A stretch of 63,957 bases of DNA, filler included, from Nemertoderma westbladi (lineage: Eukaryota > Animalia > Xenacoelomorpha): the NCBI GenBank assembly GCA_032718475.1. It is 3 parts of 3 records of this genome, joined end to end, with 100 filler letters (N's around TTAATTAATTAA, not from the genome) between each part and the next. Parts side by side here need not be neighbours in the genome. Positions count along the whole stretch, not along the records: positions 1 to 22,027 come from JAUCBJ010003012.1; positions 22,128 to 49,846 come from JAUCBJ010005290.1; 1 more part is not named here. One strand, written 5' to 3'. The translations under genes and the position numbers were made by a program. Below, piece by piece: positions 12,851 through 25,599 of this stretch. How positions within the stretch are numbered: the stretch's first letter is position 1; each line of letters starts with the position of its first letter. Under the pieces are notes generated by a model that was not told the DNA's origin, did no database searches, and saw only the letters and a program-made list of their open reading frames with translations.

Positions 12851-13799
12851 CTGATGGTTTTGATTATAAGAACGTAAATCTATTATCTGACCTGGATCAC
12901 CGACATGCTGACTGACGAACTGAACACTGCATAATATAAACTGCATGAACCGGCTTGGAATTACATTGTTTAACACATACATTATTTTACTTCTGTTATT
13001 AATTGTTGTCATATTGATGTATATTGCTGATATATTTGGAGAATACCGATGAATAATCATAAAACCCCCAATCTTCTTGATTACTGAAGGTGAGAGGAAC
13101 AGGTTACCGGTAGCAACTGCGACTTACATTATAGTGGTTTTTGTGTGAATTAAATGCTACTTCATAATCCCTACAAGTGTCAGTTGCGATCTTCCTTATT
13201 TATATATGATCAAATTCAGTGACGGTCGGCAGATCAGTGTGCAGTAGTGTGAAGTCGTGTGAAGTAGTGTGAAAGATAATAAAGCATCTCCTAAAGAATG
13301 CGCTATTTACGAAACTCAGTAGCCATCTAGTTGTGATTAGTATAAGTCATAACTCTGTTTTTATACTTAAAGCGCCACGTCCTAAAGGAACTGTTAATAT
13401 TTCCCCGAAAGTAAATATATTTGTCAGAGATTATATAGTAACGATCAATCGAATAATACATATAGGTCTGCACCGCAATAACTTCAAAGCACCCGAATCC
13501 AGTCTCCCTTAACTGTGGGTGAATGATCGCGCACAGACTGGCTTCGGCGGATGTAACTTCAGTACAATAAATAATTGATATAGGCTAAAGTCGATTTATA
13601 AACAAGAGGACAACTAAAATTGGCAGGTTAAACTGCTAAAGGTCTAAAAGCGCGAACAGTTAATTAAATTACGAAAAAGTAAATTAATCAATCAAATAAG
13701 AATAATTAAAATATAAAACATATTTGCCCCATTCCGCAAGCTGAAACTTGTCAGATATGTGATAGAACACAATCCTGTGTCATTGTGGGGTCGGTAGTC

Positions 13800-13914
13800 G
13801 GTTATCCATAATAATAATAAACAGTTATCCATAATAATAATAAACAGTTATCCATAATAATAATAAACAGTTATCCATAATAATAATAAACAGTTATCCA
13901 TGATAAACAGTTAT
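13800..13914. repeat. 23-bp tandem repeat (CAGTTATCCATAATAATAATAAA), about 4.5 units
   Basis: Seen directly. Confidence 0.9.
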
Positions 13915-14169
13915 CTAGTCTGCCGCTAGAGGGCGAAATGTATGTAAGTGATAACCTTCCCCATTTCCTTGATCTTAATCTGTTTAAACTGAATCTTGGA
14001 ATATATTTAAGGGTAACTGGCAACCAAATCGCCATGGCGATTTGGCAGTGCAAAATTAATACCATACAAATAAATAATTGCATAATGACATAAAGAAAGA
14101 CCACTACAATTTTAATAATTGAATTCAACCCCGATCTAACCAAAACATCTAGGAATTTATCTTTATCTT

Positions 14170-14392
14170 TTGCTGAAACGCAACTTTTTGCCGAAACGCG
14201 ACTTTTTTTGCCGAATCGCGACTGTTGCCGAAACGCAACATTTTGCCGAAACGCAACTTTTTTGCCGAATTGCGACTTTTTGCCGAATCGCGACCTTTTT
14301 TGCCGAAACGCATCTTTTTTGCCGAAACTCAACTTTTTTGCCGAATCGCGACTGTTGCCGAAACGCGACTGCCGAAACGCGATGTAACCCGT
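14170..14392. repeat. Degenerate ~19-bp tandem array (TTGCCGAAACGCGACTT); possibly a subterminal repeat of a DNA transposon
   Basis: About 11 units seen directly. The transposon link is inference. Confidence 0.8.
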
Positions 14393-14790
14393 ATACATAT
14401 GTTTTAGTGTAAGTCTTACTATAATTATTCTAGGGCCAGAATAATTATAGATGTTCGCTAATGGCTTGTAGTTCTGCCTCTCCCCAGAAGTTAAAGCCTG
14501 ACACTTTCATTGCCTAAGTTGCTTCTGTATCTCATCAGAACCAAAGCTTTTTATTGGCTTGTATATTATTACTATGCTTGTTTTATTGGCTGGAATATTT
14601 TTTATTGGCCAATCCTAGCATGGACCGGCTTTTATGGATCGACTTTTAGGGGTCAGGACCGACCTGGTTTTACCCAATCCTAGTTTTGGATAAATTCCCC
14701 GTAGACTATCATTGGGAGAGACATGGGGGGGGGGGGCTCGATGCAAAACCCGCCTTGACGAATTAATATCCCACCTCAATGTTGAATTCT

Positions 14791-15064
14791 GCAAAAAGCA
14801 AAAAGCAGCAGCTTGGTCTAGTGGTGACATTACTGTGCTTCCGATTAGGGAGCCCGGGTTCGATCCCTAGATGGGGCAGCACTGTTTGGGCACAGTGCTT
14901 TAAATGCTGCAGCCTAGCCCAACCCCGGCTTTCATCCTTCAGTGGTCGATAAATGGGAGAACCAAGGCAACTTGGGAAACAGAGTGGAAGGGTTTACTGT
15001 GGAAGATCACCCATGGTGGTGAACAGGCATTCCTTGGCTTAACGAGCCTAAAAGATTCTCCCAT
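14791..15064 (+). mobile_element. tRNA-derived SINE with a Deu/Nin-like core
   Basis: A box TGGTCTAGTGG, B box GGTTCGATCCC, core GCTTTCATCCTTCAGTGGTCGATAAA. 15-bp TSD TCAATGTTGAATTCT (14776-14790 and 15065-15079). An empty-site paralogue lies on the reverse strand at ~22140-22270. Confidence 0.8.
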
Positions 15065-15494
15065 TCAATGTTGAATTCTCAATTTAGGGAAAGGAACAGG
15101 TTACAGTGGCACGTTATTTTAACCAAAACAATAAACTAAACACAATACAACAGGTTACAGTTTTATTTTTGAGAGTAATCAGCTGTTATTTGCGTCGAAT
15201 TTCCCCTGGAGAGGGATGAATTTTTATTGCGTCCAGCCCCCCCCCCCCCCCTAATTTTAGGGGTCTTGGGGACCGGGACCGGGTTTTAGGAAGGCCCCTG
15301 GGGTACCAGTATGGCACGTATGGCGATCTGACGTATGACGGTATGACAGAAATCACGAAGATTCTCAAGTATACTGTAGGATCATTATTGATACAATCAT
15401 TTTGAGTTTCTTCCTTATTGTCGATATCAACTGCACCAGTAAGCCAGTACCAGAAATAATGGGTCGTCCTAAATACCCTAATATACACTACAGC

Positions 15495-15775
15495 ACTAAT
15501 ATGGACTAATATACAATATGGACTAATATACAATATGGACTAATAAACACTAATGGCTTAATGCAGCATGATAAATGCATGATAAATGCTGAAAATAGAT
15601 GTTGAAACAGTTCAGAGGGCTTCGTGTTCGTGCAGCATGATAAATGCTGAAAATAGATGTTGAAACAGTTCAGAGAGAGGGCTTCGTGTTCGTGCAGCAT
15701 GATAAATGCTGAAAATAGATGTTGAAACAGTTCAGAGGGCTTCGTGTTCGTGTGATAAATGATAAATGCCGAAAA
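15495..15775. repeat. Short tandem repeats (18-bp ATGGACTAATATACAAT-like units and three ~58-62-bp units)
   Basis: GATAAATGCTGAAAATAGATGTTGAAACAGTTCAGAG occurs three times. Confidence 0.8.
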
Positions 15776-17630
15776 GAAAATAACTGCTGAAACTTTCAAT
15801 ATTGGCAAAGTGCCGGACTGGCATGGTAAAAGAGGATCTATTAGGCCTATGTCAATATGTAGGCTACTTGGATTGGAAGCCCTTTCGCCTTACAAAGGCA
15901 AACTTAATTGTTAGCTAATAAAAAGAAACAGACATGTTGTACCGGTAATTGTTGTAGTACTAGTACCGGTACCGTACTGTCTGACTGTAGTACACTACTG
16001 TCAGACTGTCGTATACTTAGTAGAATAGGCCTACCGGTACTAAAATTGTAGGCCTAGCTATGTAATATAAAGGCCCAGGGGCCTACTGTGTCAGACTGTA
16101 TTTGGTCTCATTTCGCCATTGAGACGAAATCAAAACTACTTAGCTCCTTACAGCCTTAGTGCGTACTGTGCGTAATGTTGCCCGATCGGGCTACTTGAAA
16201 TAGCTACTTCTTCATTCATTAGGCTGTTAGCAGTTAGGCCTATTTCATTATCTGATTATTTTCTGTGAATTGCAATAATTGTATACTTACTTACTCTGTT
16301 ACTTGGTGAATATATTATACTTGTGAGTGTGACCTAGTCAGCTAGTCGAGTCATGTTTAGTTTAATAAGATATAATTTGTTTCAATTAGTCAGTTAGTGT
16401 TTCTATTACTGTATTAGGCCTACTGTATTACAGTATTCAGTCAGTCAGTATTACTGTATTATTGTTTCTATACTGCTATACAGCTATAGTGTTTTGGTGT
16501 AATAAAATAATTCAACTTCTACTTGTCTGCTTGTAATAGCAGAATCGCAGAATGAGAATACTTGAATATGCTGGGTCCTGGATGCAGTGATGGCTGTCAG
16601 GCTGTGGCTGATCACAGATCAGCTGATGGAATGCAGAATGATAGGCAGATAGCAGATAGACAGACTGACAGACAGGGTATACTGCCACACTACAATAGGG
16701 CCAAGGCATATCAGTATATAGGCTACCGTCTGACCATTAGCCGTAACCAAACCATGCTGACAACCAGTCTGCCAGTGGCTGAGTGGCGGCGCCAGTTGCC
16801 AGTCTGCCATTTAAAGCATAGGCCTTCTGTAATTACCGGTCCGACGAATCTGTACAAAAAAGTAGGCCTACAAAAAAATACAAAATAGTACAATATAGAG
16901 GCCTAGGGTGCCTAGTACAAAAGAGTACAATAAAGTGCAAAAATAGTACAAAAGAGTGCAAAAATAGTACAAACGAGTGAGGAACGCATACAAAACGTGT
17001 ATACCAGTGTAGTCGGCCTACAGTAGTATACACTACACTCAGACACTACACTGCTACACTTGTATACAAATATAATTAATTGTAAGCAAATGCAACGGCA
17101 CCGAAATATGCGCCGCTACAGTGTCAATCACTTGCGGTTGCGGCCTTGGTTCTGTGGTCAGTATGAAATGATTGACATAACTTTGATTCATGTAGATTTT
17201 GACAGGCATACAAGTAGAAATAGGCTCTACAGTTCGTATAGGCCTAAGAATACAATATAATAATGCTGTAATGCAATACATACTATGCAGTGGGTAGATA
17301 AAACTCCTATAACTGAGATTCAAAATTTAGGTCATAGTCTTAATCTTAAAGTAGCCCATATACTGAAGGATAGACTGTATGCTACATTATATGTAGGCTA
17401 TGTGTGTGTGTACGCATCCAGCCTCTATCAGCAACTTTATTGAGTTCTCCCTCTGCAATTTTGCGGACTTGGGACCGTTTTTTGAACACAAAAAGCTGCA
17501 TTAAAACACAGCTAGATCAGCCCCCGCTCAATGCATGGCTCGCCCCACAATCAGACAATGCTTTGTTTTATTTTGCACATCATGCTGTCATGTGCGCCCC
17601 TCTAAATGATTTGAACTACACTTGGATACA

Positions 17631-18815
17631 TGTTCGCGCTTTTGAAGACCTTTAGCAGTTTAACCTGCCAAAATTTATATGTCTTTTAGTTAATTAAAAC
17701 ACCTTTAGCATACGACAATATTTTATGCTAATAAACAAAACATTAACCGAAGCCAGCCCATGCGCGATCATTCACCCGATGGATCTACACCCGGGAGGCT
17801 GAATTCGGCTGCTTAAATTTTATTATTGCAGTGTAAGGTTGCAGTGTAAACCTATTGTATTATTCGATAGATCGTTAATAATTAATTTCTGACAGATATT
17901 ATTTGCTTTCGGGAAATATTAACAGTTCCTTTAGGACGTGGCGCTCTATCTATTTAAACAGAACTAGGACTTATACTAAACGCAACGATACCGCTTAGGA
18001 TTAAAGTATAAGGCACATTCTTTAGGAAATGCTTTGTTACCAATCACAATCATGCACACTATTCTGCCGACCGTCAGTAAATTTGATCACACATAAAGAG
18101 AGCAGCAATTGACTCATGTAGGGTCTGCTAAATAACATTAGATTCAATACACACCACATTAATATAAATCGCAATTGTTATGTATAGCCTGTCTCTCTAA
18201 CCTGTAGTGTATCAAGAAAATTTGGAATTTTGGGTGATTTATCCGTATTCTCCAAAGAGCAATATTTCCTCAACAAATCGATACAATTAATAACTGACGG
18301 TAAATAACAGTACAAACAATATAATTAATAAGTAAAGTTCGGGAGAATTATATGATTAATAACAGTTATACTTTCGATAATTTAAGCAGTTTTACTAGAG
18401 TTCTTCCCAAAAGCCGGTGTTATGGCGAAAAATGGGAACACAACAACAGAATCATATGAAGAATCATATGACTACATAACTATACGAGGATACCAACTAC
18501 CCTTATTCCCCGAAGCTCCCGTCCAACACAGAGGATGAGCAGTGAGATAGGAAAATTCAGTTCAGTAGCTCTGGGATAGGTCAAAATCCACGCCCACTCA
18601 AATTCTATTGGCCGATACGGACAGCAAGGCTGAGGCAACCTCCCTAAGCTGGTTGGCCGATTAAACGGAGCCCAGATACCTTCGTACAGCACATCAGCCA
18701 ATAAGCTGGTAGCTTGCACTATTTTAACTATAGATCCCTTTTAGAGTATTCTAGCGACCGGGGGGGAACTGGCCAGCAAGGCAAACGAATCAGTTATCCC
18801 ACAAAAGCTTTTACA
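17631..18815 (-). repeat. 3' LTR of BEL copy B (1185 bp)
   Basis: Plus strand reads TGTTCGCGCTTTT...AAAAGCTTTTACA, the reverse complement of the family termini. Confidence 0.92.
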
Positions 18816-18893
18816 CCGCTCCCAGAAAATGGGATTTAAGTCTATAAAATATACAAAATCACAGTTTCTAAAATATAAAAATACTCTAAACAG

Positions 18894-20343
18894 TTAGTCT
18901 TTCTTGCGCGGACGGCGTTTACGAGGTTTTTTAAGGCTAGCAAGAGTCCTTTTCTCTTTGGGGCGAGCCACTTTACAAGGAGGGCTATAACTCCTGGGTG
19001 AAGGGTGCAATATGATTGCATCAGAAGGTATGGGATTACGATCGGTATATCCGCCGGTCGAAGTACCGGGTTGATTGACATCAACGTCCGGGGAGAGGGG
19101 TCTAACGGCTTTGAGAGCTCGTTTCAAGACAGCCGCTCTTACGGGTCCTTTACGAGTGGTCTGAACGAGGGCCGTGGGTGGACCATAGGCAGTTAGAAAC
19201 TTCCTTGGTTTAATGGTTCTTTCCAACTCGCGTTCGCGGGCTCGGTACTCGTAAGGCCGTCGATATACTTCCTGTAACTCGGGGTGTGAGTTGACAAATA
19301 AGTCTCCATAGGCAGGATCTTGACGGATAAAGTTTATTAAGTTGTAAGAATTTATGTCACTCGGATTAATGCTCCTGAGAAATTTGCGTACATATTTGGT
19401 TGAAATACATTCTCCAACGCGCTTCAGTAGTTCATAACTTGATAGGCGTGATTTCTGCTCGACGGAGGCAAACAAATAAGGATGGAACGCATAAACTCCT
19501 TCGTAAGCGCGTCCAGGGTAATAGCGATGGCGCGAATCACAATGTAAATCAGCGTTCGCTTCCCAAGCTCTGATGTAACGTAGTGTGATCGTTTCATTTA
19601 CGCCTTCCAAATCGTGACTAAAAAGGGCAATCGAAACTGGCGCGTCCCTTTAGTTGACAATGGTGACATTGAGTCATAAATTGAGGGCAAACCGCAAAAA
19701 TGTGCAAGTTATTGAGTCTGTAATACGCGCAATAAATTTCCATCGTTGGTTGTTCGTGGAAATAGGAACAGCGGACGTTTGTGTCCATGGGCGTAACATG
19801 GTCTCTCGATGCGCATAACCGACAACGTTGCCGAGAAACATAGTTGGCATGGCGATAATCGTACGCAGTGAGACACTGTGGACCTTGATACCATTCTAGG
19901 AGGTAATCGTTGTCGTTGTTCCGGGCGCGATAGGCTGAATCTCCTCAGATTCTAGGCATATTGGTTCGTCTTCCCAGTCTGTTACGAATATAATTTTCGT
20001 GATCTATTCTCGGTTTATCGTTACGACTCCGCTGGGTATGATATTTAAATAGAACCATTTCCCTTTCGGTGTATACATCGTCCGTATCATGTAAATCGAT
20101 AGGATGGCCGGTAGTTAGGAAGTTCATATACGTACCATTACGATGCGTATAGCGAGCGGTTAATTTTCGATAGTCCAATTCACGCGTAAGTTGCTCTTGG
20201 GACATCGGCGGTTCGATATAACGACCATCGTCCTCCGTAATAGTCGGATCGGCTTCACCGCGTATCAAGCTATCCACAAACGCTTGTAAAGGTAGAGTAT
20301 ATCGCTCTCTAATACCAAGGTCATCTTCTATCAATTCCGTCAT
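18894..20343 (-). pseudogene. Extra ORF type B (~483 codons reconstructed) with a central triple Cys/His knuckle region
   Basis: Ends are homologous to type A. The frame stays open past TGA 19945-19947 down to ~19621, then a 1-nt shift joins the 18894-19610 ORF. Confidence 0.78.
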
Positions 20344-22027
20344 ATCTGCTATCTGAGTTTATTAATATCAGTATGAGTTAATATTTAGGCAAGCGGGCGT
20401 CGCTGCCTACTAGTCTTTGCCCCCGGACAGTGGGTTTCTCAGCGCCGATGTACCGTTGTCGCGGTGTTTACGCCAACATGTAGCAACAGCACGACAACGA
20501 TAACCGGCACAAGTCCCACCACTGTCCGTCCCAAAAGCTTGAATCCACTTGAGGTTATCTCGGTAGAGTTAGGGCTACTTTACAATTGCGATTAGCTACT
20601 GTAAACACACTTTAGTAGTAACATTCACCTATAAACGCACAAATTCCATACAATCATTACTTACTGCACACATGCAGGCCATTTGTTCGTCAGTCAGTGT
20701 CTTCCAGAATGTCACGTTATTACTATGTATCCTTGGATACTAATAGTGCGCTATGTATCCTCTTAGGCTACGCAATGGGGCAAGCCTTTTATTGTTCCTT
20801 TAACTTGCTTCTAATTCTAGCGTGGGTGTTGCCATGGTGACATTATGGAAAACTAGCGGTAGAATTAGGGTAATTCTCATGCATACAGATCTGGGATGTT
20901 ATTTAATAGTAATTCTTTAGTTGTCAATATCCTCTTTATGCATGATTTTATAAATTTTATCGGCTATTGACTATATGTTGGAGATTCTCGCACTCTAGTA
21001 CACTCAATATGAATCTCCGCTCCCATGATCTATTAATTACTGGAATTTTGGGAATGTTATAAATTGCACAAAATGACAATTTATGAAATTCATTTGAATA
21101 TGAACTTAAATTTATTCCCGTGAATTTTATTATTTGATGTTAAATTGACAAAAATTTTATTCCAGAGCATATCTGGGGACTTAGGATCCTTAATTCTATA
21201 AAATAGTCCTTCTAAGAATATCGGTAAATACTGCGATATCTTAATTGACTAGAAATTTTAAAGGATCGGGATTTTATAGATTTTAATAAATATTAAATTA
21301 ATATTTAGGATGAGCACCGATTTATTCCAGAACTTGTCTGGGGACGTTAACCACTGATTCTAGAATTTGTCTTTCAAGTATATCGGTGGGTGCCACGATA
21401 TCTTAATCGACTAGAATTACAGATGGTCAAAAAGTTTAACAGATTTATTTGCGATTTACGCTACTGTTAGAGGGACATCACGCTACTATATGTATTATTT
21501 GTTATAAGGTAGAAGAGCAATATCGCACGAAGCAATGTCAGTGTGAAGGGGCAAGTCGTTTCCAAGGTCTACCCAGAGCTTGGTTTAGCCGAGACACGAG
21601 GATCTGAACTTTGCATTCCTAATACTCTGCCTACCAATAATACTTAAATATAGTAGTGGCTTTATTGTACTTTAATAAGTACTGACATGTCATCTTACTA
21701 TAGTCTCGCATTTATAATATAATACGGACAGTAAGGAAAGAGAAAAATAATTATTTCTTGCCGTCGCACTAAATATATTGTAAGTAATTAAATACGTAAT
21801 AAACACTAATATATTGCACTAATTTACTAAATATTCTAAAATAACATTCTACTAAATAAAATTAAAGAAAACGATTATAATAAAATTACATAATAATACA
21901 TACATAAATATAAAATAAAAACAAATATAAAATGATATAGTCACACGCCCACTCCATATGTTATTACGTTATGGAGTCCCTAGATATTTGTCGGATTAGG
22001 GAAGTGGTCGTAGGAAGAGTATCTTGC

Positions 22028-22127
22028 NNNNNNNNNNNNNNNNNNNNNNNNNNNNNNNNNNNNNNNNNNNNTTAATTAATTAANNNNNNNNNNNNNNNNN
22101 NNNNNNNNNNNNNNNNNNNNNNNNNNN
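22028..22127. other. Assembly gap with artificial TTAATTAATTAA spacer
   Basis: 100 nt of N with a central six-frame-stop linker, identical in design to the second gap. Confidence 0.97.
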
Positions 22128-23904
22128 CAAAAATAATAATTGTGTTTTAGTTTATTGTTTTGGTTAATCTAACGTGCCACTGCAACCTGCTCCTTTCCCT
22201 AAATTGAGAATTTAACATTGAGGCGGGATATTAATTCGTCAAGATGGGATTTGCGTCCAGTCCCCCCCCCCCCCCCATTTCTATTTATTTCAAACAATGC
22301 ATTGATAACGTTTTCTCTTTCAAACTTCTTGCCTTCTAGCGGCAGACTGGAGAACTGAAGATTGTCTCTAGTGCATGTGTTATATATCAGTATATAGTAC
22401 AGTATAGTATAGTATAATTATACAAATACAATAACTGCCAAGCCCATTGTGTATACCTGAAGACGGGTACTGTACTGTATAAGTAGGGGCAATAGTCTCT
22501 CAGTCTCTGCATTAGATATTCTAGTATCTAGTACCTACTGCAGTGCAGTACCGGTTACCAGCCTGACCTGTTGTCAGAAAGACTAACAATTACTGATACG
22601 AGTTTGGTCAGTTGGTGCTGGAACTTGTTATTTACATCCTAAATTGCCAATTTGTGGCCGATGTGGCTCCGATGTGGCCCCGATGTGGCCCCGATGTGGT
22701 CCGATTGGTCCGATGTGGTACCGATTGGGTCCGATGTGGCTTTTAGACGGACCCATATTGATAGATATAGGGCCTACTACTGAAGTACGGGCAGACGGCA
22801 GGACGGGAGGTACTGTATATTACTACAGTCCCAATCCCAATAAACATTAACTTGGTCATTTTGGCGGCCAAAACGACCAAAATGGCCAAATATAAATTGC
22901 GGCATTCATGAAAGGAACTTCTGAGGCAAGTTGGCTTGTCAATCACAGCCAGTGAATAGAGGCTGAGTGTAAGTAAAGCCCAGGATGTTGGCAGATAGAA
23001 AAAGGCTTCGATTTCCGGACATTCCCTCCCCAACCCCCCCCCCCCCCCCCCCGGACAGTTCCGTTCCGTTCGAGTAGGACACTACTGTTTTATATTTCGC
23101 ACGTTTATTTTTCATTTTGTAAGGTAAACGGACCGCTTGTATCCAGACAAGTTGTACAGTATCCAATTTCCCTTTCTTAGCTCAGAAATTTATATTTTGC
23201 ATCCCGATTTTACATTTTGTATCCACGTTTTATTTATGGATTTCATCAATTCAATTACACTGTATTGTTTGCTAATCTTTAAACAATTAATTAGATGACC
23301 TATATATTCCATCTGTTTCTCCTGTTCAAAGCAAAATCTAATCATGAATACTTTTTCACTGTAACTCGTAACTCAACCAATTGGTCCTTTTTCGAAGAAA
23401 TCCTACATGGGCATTTTGGAGCTAACCCGCCACTACTGCTTGGCTCACTGGAAGTGTATTTAGGTAAAGCTCTATTGTAGGCTGTGGCTCTGTTTAAGCT
23501 TAGCTGAGCCAAGACGACAGACATTAGGATGGGAACACGAACACACCATATTATCCTTCCCCTATTCATTTCAATGGTAGCCAGCTTGTCTTTCCCGCAC
23601 TGGGGGTAGACCATTGCCATTGGTTAGCTGTATGCTATTGTAATACAAAGAGAGCGGCAGGATAAAGAGAAATGCCGACCTCACTAATAATGGGCTGGTC
23701 CCACAGGTCACTTTAAGGTAGGTGGTACAGTAGGTACTACAGTTTACATGTTCAAGGGCGCCAGTCCCTAGTCGCTAGCCCATAGTCTGTCATGGAGTTC
23801 CTGTAGTAGTTTCAGACGCTTTCACTCAGTATCCTAGTGTCCAGGAAGTTGGGAGTTGAGTGTGGGTGGGTGGATTGGTGGCCCCCACGCAACACCGCAG
23901 TGTC

Positions 23905-24308
23905 GGGTGACTACAAAACAAAGACCAACGACCCAAATAATAAAGACCTGTACAAATACAAAACACATGTGTTAACTTTCGTTTATTGTTTTGGTTCCCC
24001 AACACGCCTCTGTAACCTGCTTCTTTACTAACCTGCTCCTTTAAATGGCAATGTGACCTCACGCTCTCTGGCAATGGGACCTAAAGCTCTTTGGAACCTA
24101 ACGCTCTTTGGGACGTAACGCGACTTTACCTCTTTGTTTTGTACAGGTCACAATGAGCGTTATGTACCATTGCTATTTAAAGGAGCAGGTTAGTAAAGGA
24201 GCAAGTTACAGAGGCGTGACGGGGGATTCAAAACAATTAACGAAAGTTAACACATGTAACAAGATTATGCAGGTCTTTATAATTGGGTCTTTGTTTTGTA
24301 GTCACCCC
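23905..24308. repeat. Imperfect fold-back (MITE-like) element with ~150-bp arms, nested in the TIR element
   Basis: GGGTGACTACAAAACAAAGACC...CCTGCTCCTTTAAATGGCAATG is mirrored by CATTGCTATTTAAAGGAGCAGG...GGTCTTTGTTTTGTAGTCACCC. Confidence 0.75.
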
Positions 24309-24465
24309 GCAGTGTCCGCGAATTATACATTGTAAAAAAATATTAAAAAAAATTTTATTATAAAAAAAAATATTATTGAAATTAATTTCCGAAATTAACA
24401 TCCCGAAATTAATTTATGGACGTCCATTAATTAGTTATTTCATTACGATTCTGATTGGTTGATAG

Positions 24466-24614
24466 ATTAATTTCGGGACGTCCATAAATTAATTTCGGGA
24501 CGTCCATAAATTAATTTCGGGACGTCCATAAGTTAATTTCGGGACGTCCATAAGTTAATTTCGGGACGTCCATATAGTTAATTTCGGGACGTCCATAAAT
24601 TAATTTCGGGACGT
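24466..24614. repeat. 22-bp tandem repeat (ATTAATTTCGGGACGTCCATAA), about 6.5 units
   Basis: Seen directly. Confidence 0.9.
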
Positions 24615-25456
24615 TCAGATTATTATACATACTCCTCCTTTAACGAAGCCCCATTCAACTCCTTTTATAAGACTGTGTACTCTATCAATGCCTCAGTGGG
24701 CGGACTCCAGTACTGCAAGGCTCAGCGCCGGGTAAGTTAACAATCTGTCAATAATAAAAATGAAAGCGAGCCGACATTTAGTCAGATCCACCAAATGGAT
24801 GGCCAAGGAGACAGACTGTCTGGATTGAGCTGATTCGAGTTAAATCGCTTCGCCAAAACGACCAAGTAGCCCATAGGAATACACTACATTTTTTTGGTGA
24901 TTTTGGTCATTTTGGCCGCCAAAACGACCAAGTTAATGTTTATTGGGATTGGGACTGTATATTGTACATTTACATTATTATTATTGCAGTGTTATTTGTC
25001 TATCAACTGATTTATAAATATGGATATGATAACAAAAAGTATGTTTTTTAATCAACACGGAGTAGGTTACAGTAGCTGCTTTTTTTTAACCAAAACAATA
25101 AATGAACCTACACTTCAAAATTGAGGGAAAATAGTAAGTTGTAGTTACAGTGGTGGTGCTTTTAACTAATACAATAAATGAAGCTAATCGTAATTAACTG
25201 ACAAGAGCTGGTTAAAGTTGCAGTGCTTATTCTAACCAAAACAATAAAGGAAACTAGATTGACGGAAAAAAGCTGAAGTAAAATACAGTACATTTTCTTC
25301 AGCCATTAGGCCAGGGATTGCGCACAAAGTCAGACGACTTATTTCTATTGCGGACCCCCAGAGCTATACTCCCCAGAGGAATTTCCAGTACTCATTTAAC
25401 TACCATTTAATGACGCAAGGCAGAGATGCGCCCTGGTTAGACTCTTCAATAGAATC

Positions 25457-25598
25457 TTCTGGCAAGCACTTATAATATCCTTGCCCGTTCTGGCAAGCAC
25501 GTATAATAACCTTGCCCGTTCTGGCAAGCATGTATAATAACCTTGCCCGTTCTGGCAAGCACGTATAATAACCTTGCCCGTTCTGGCAAGCACGTATA
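25457..25598. repeat. 31-bp tandem repeat (TTCTGGCAAGCACGTATAATAACCTTGCCCG), about 4.5 units
   Basis: Seen directly. Confidence 0.9.
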
Positions 25599-25599
25599 C

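Larger units (their letters stand above)
2146..13658 (+). mobile_element. BEL/Pao LTR retrotransposon copy A (5'-truncated; pol remnant, spacer, extra ORF, 3' LTR interrupted by Copia)
   Basis: Collinear with the complete copy C. PPT GGGAGCGG at 7048-7055. LTR runs TGTAAAAGC...GCGAACA. Confidence 0.88.
7056..13658 (+). repeat. 3' LTR of BEL copy A (7056-7393 + 12856-13658), split by Copia
   Basis: TG...CA termini shared with the family. R-U5 aligns with the other LTRs. Confidence 0.88.
17631..22027 (-). mobile_element. BEL/Pao copy B (3' part: pol end, spacer, type-B extra ORF, 3' LTR); runs into a gap
   Basis: Reverse-complement collinear with copies A and C. PPT at 18816-18823. Confidence 0.9.
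22826..24957. mobile_element. Non-autonomous Tc1/mariner-type TIR element
   Basis: ~55-bp TIRs CAGTCCCAATCCCAATAAACATTAACTTGGTC..., flanked by TA on both sides. No transposase. Confidence 0.85.

Noticed and set aside
14805-14880. tRNA gene
   Set aside because: A and B boxes are present but there is no convincing cloverleaf; it is followed by a SINE core and flanked by a TSD.
15800-17630. Possible host exons in the low-complexity TACTG/TAGGCCTA-rich region
   Set aside because: Only short ORFs without recognisable motifs; no supportable gene model.
22072-22083. TTAATTAATTAA motif within N runs (also 49891-49902)
   Set aside because: Artificial scaffold linker, not biological.
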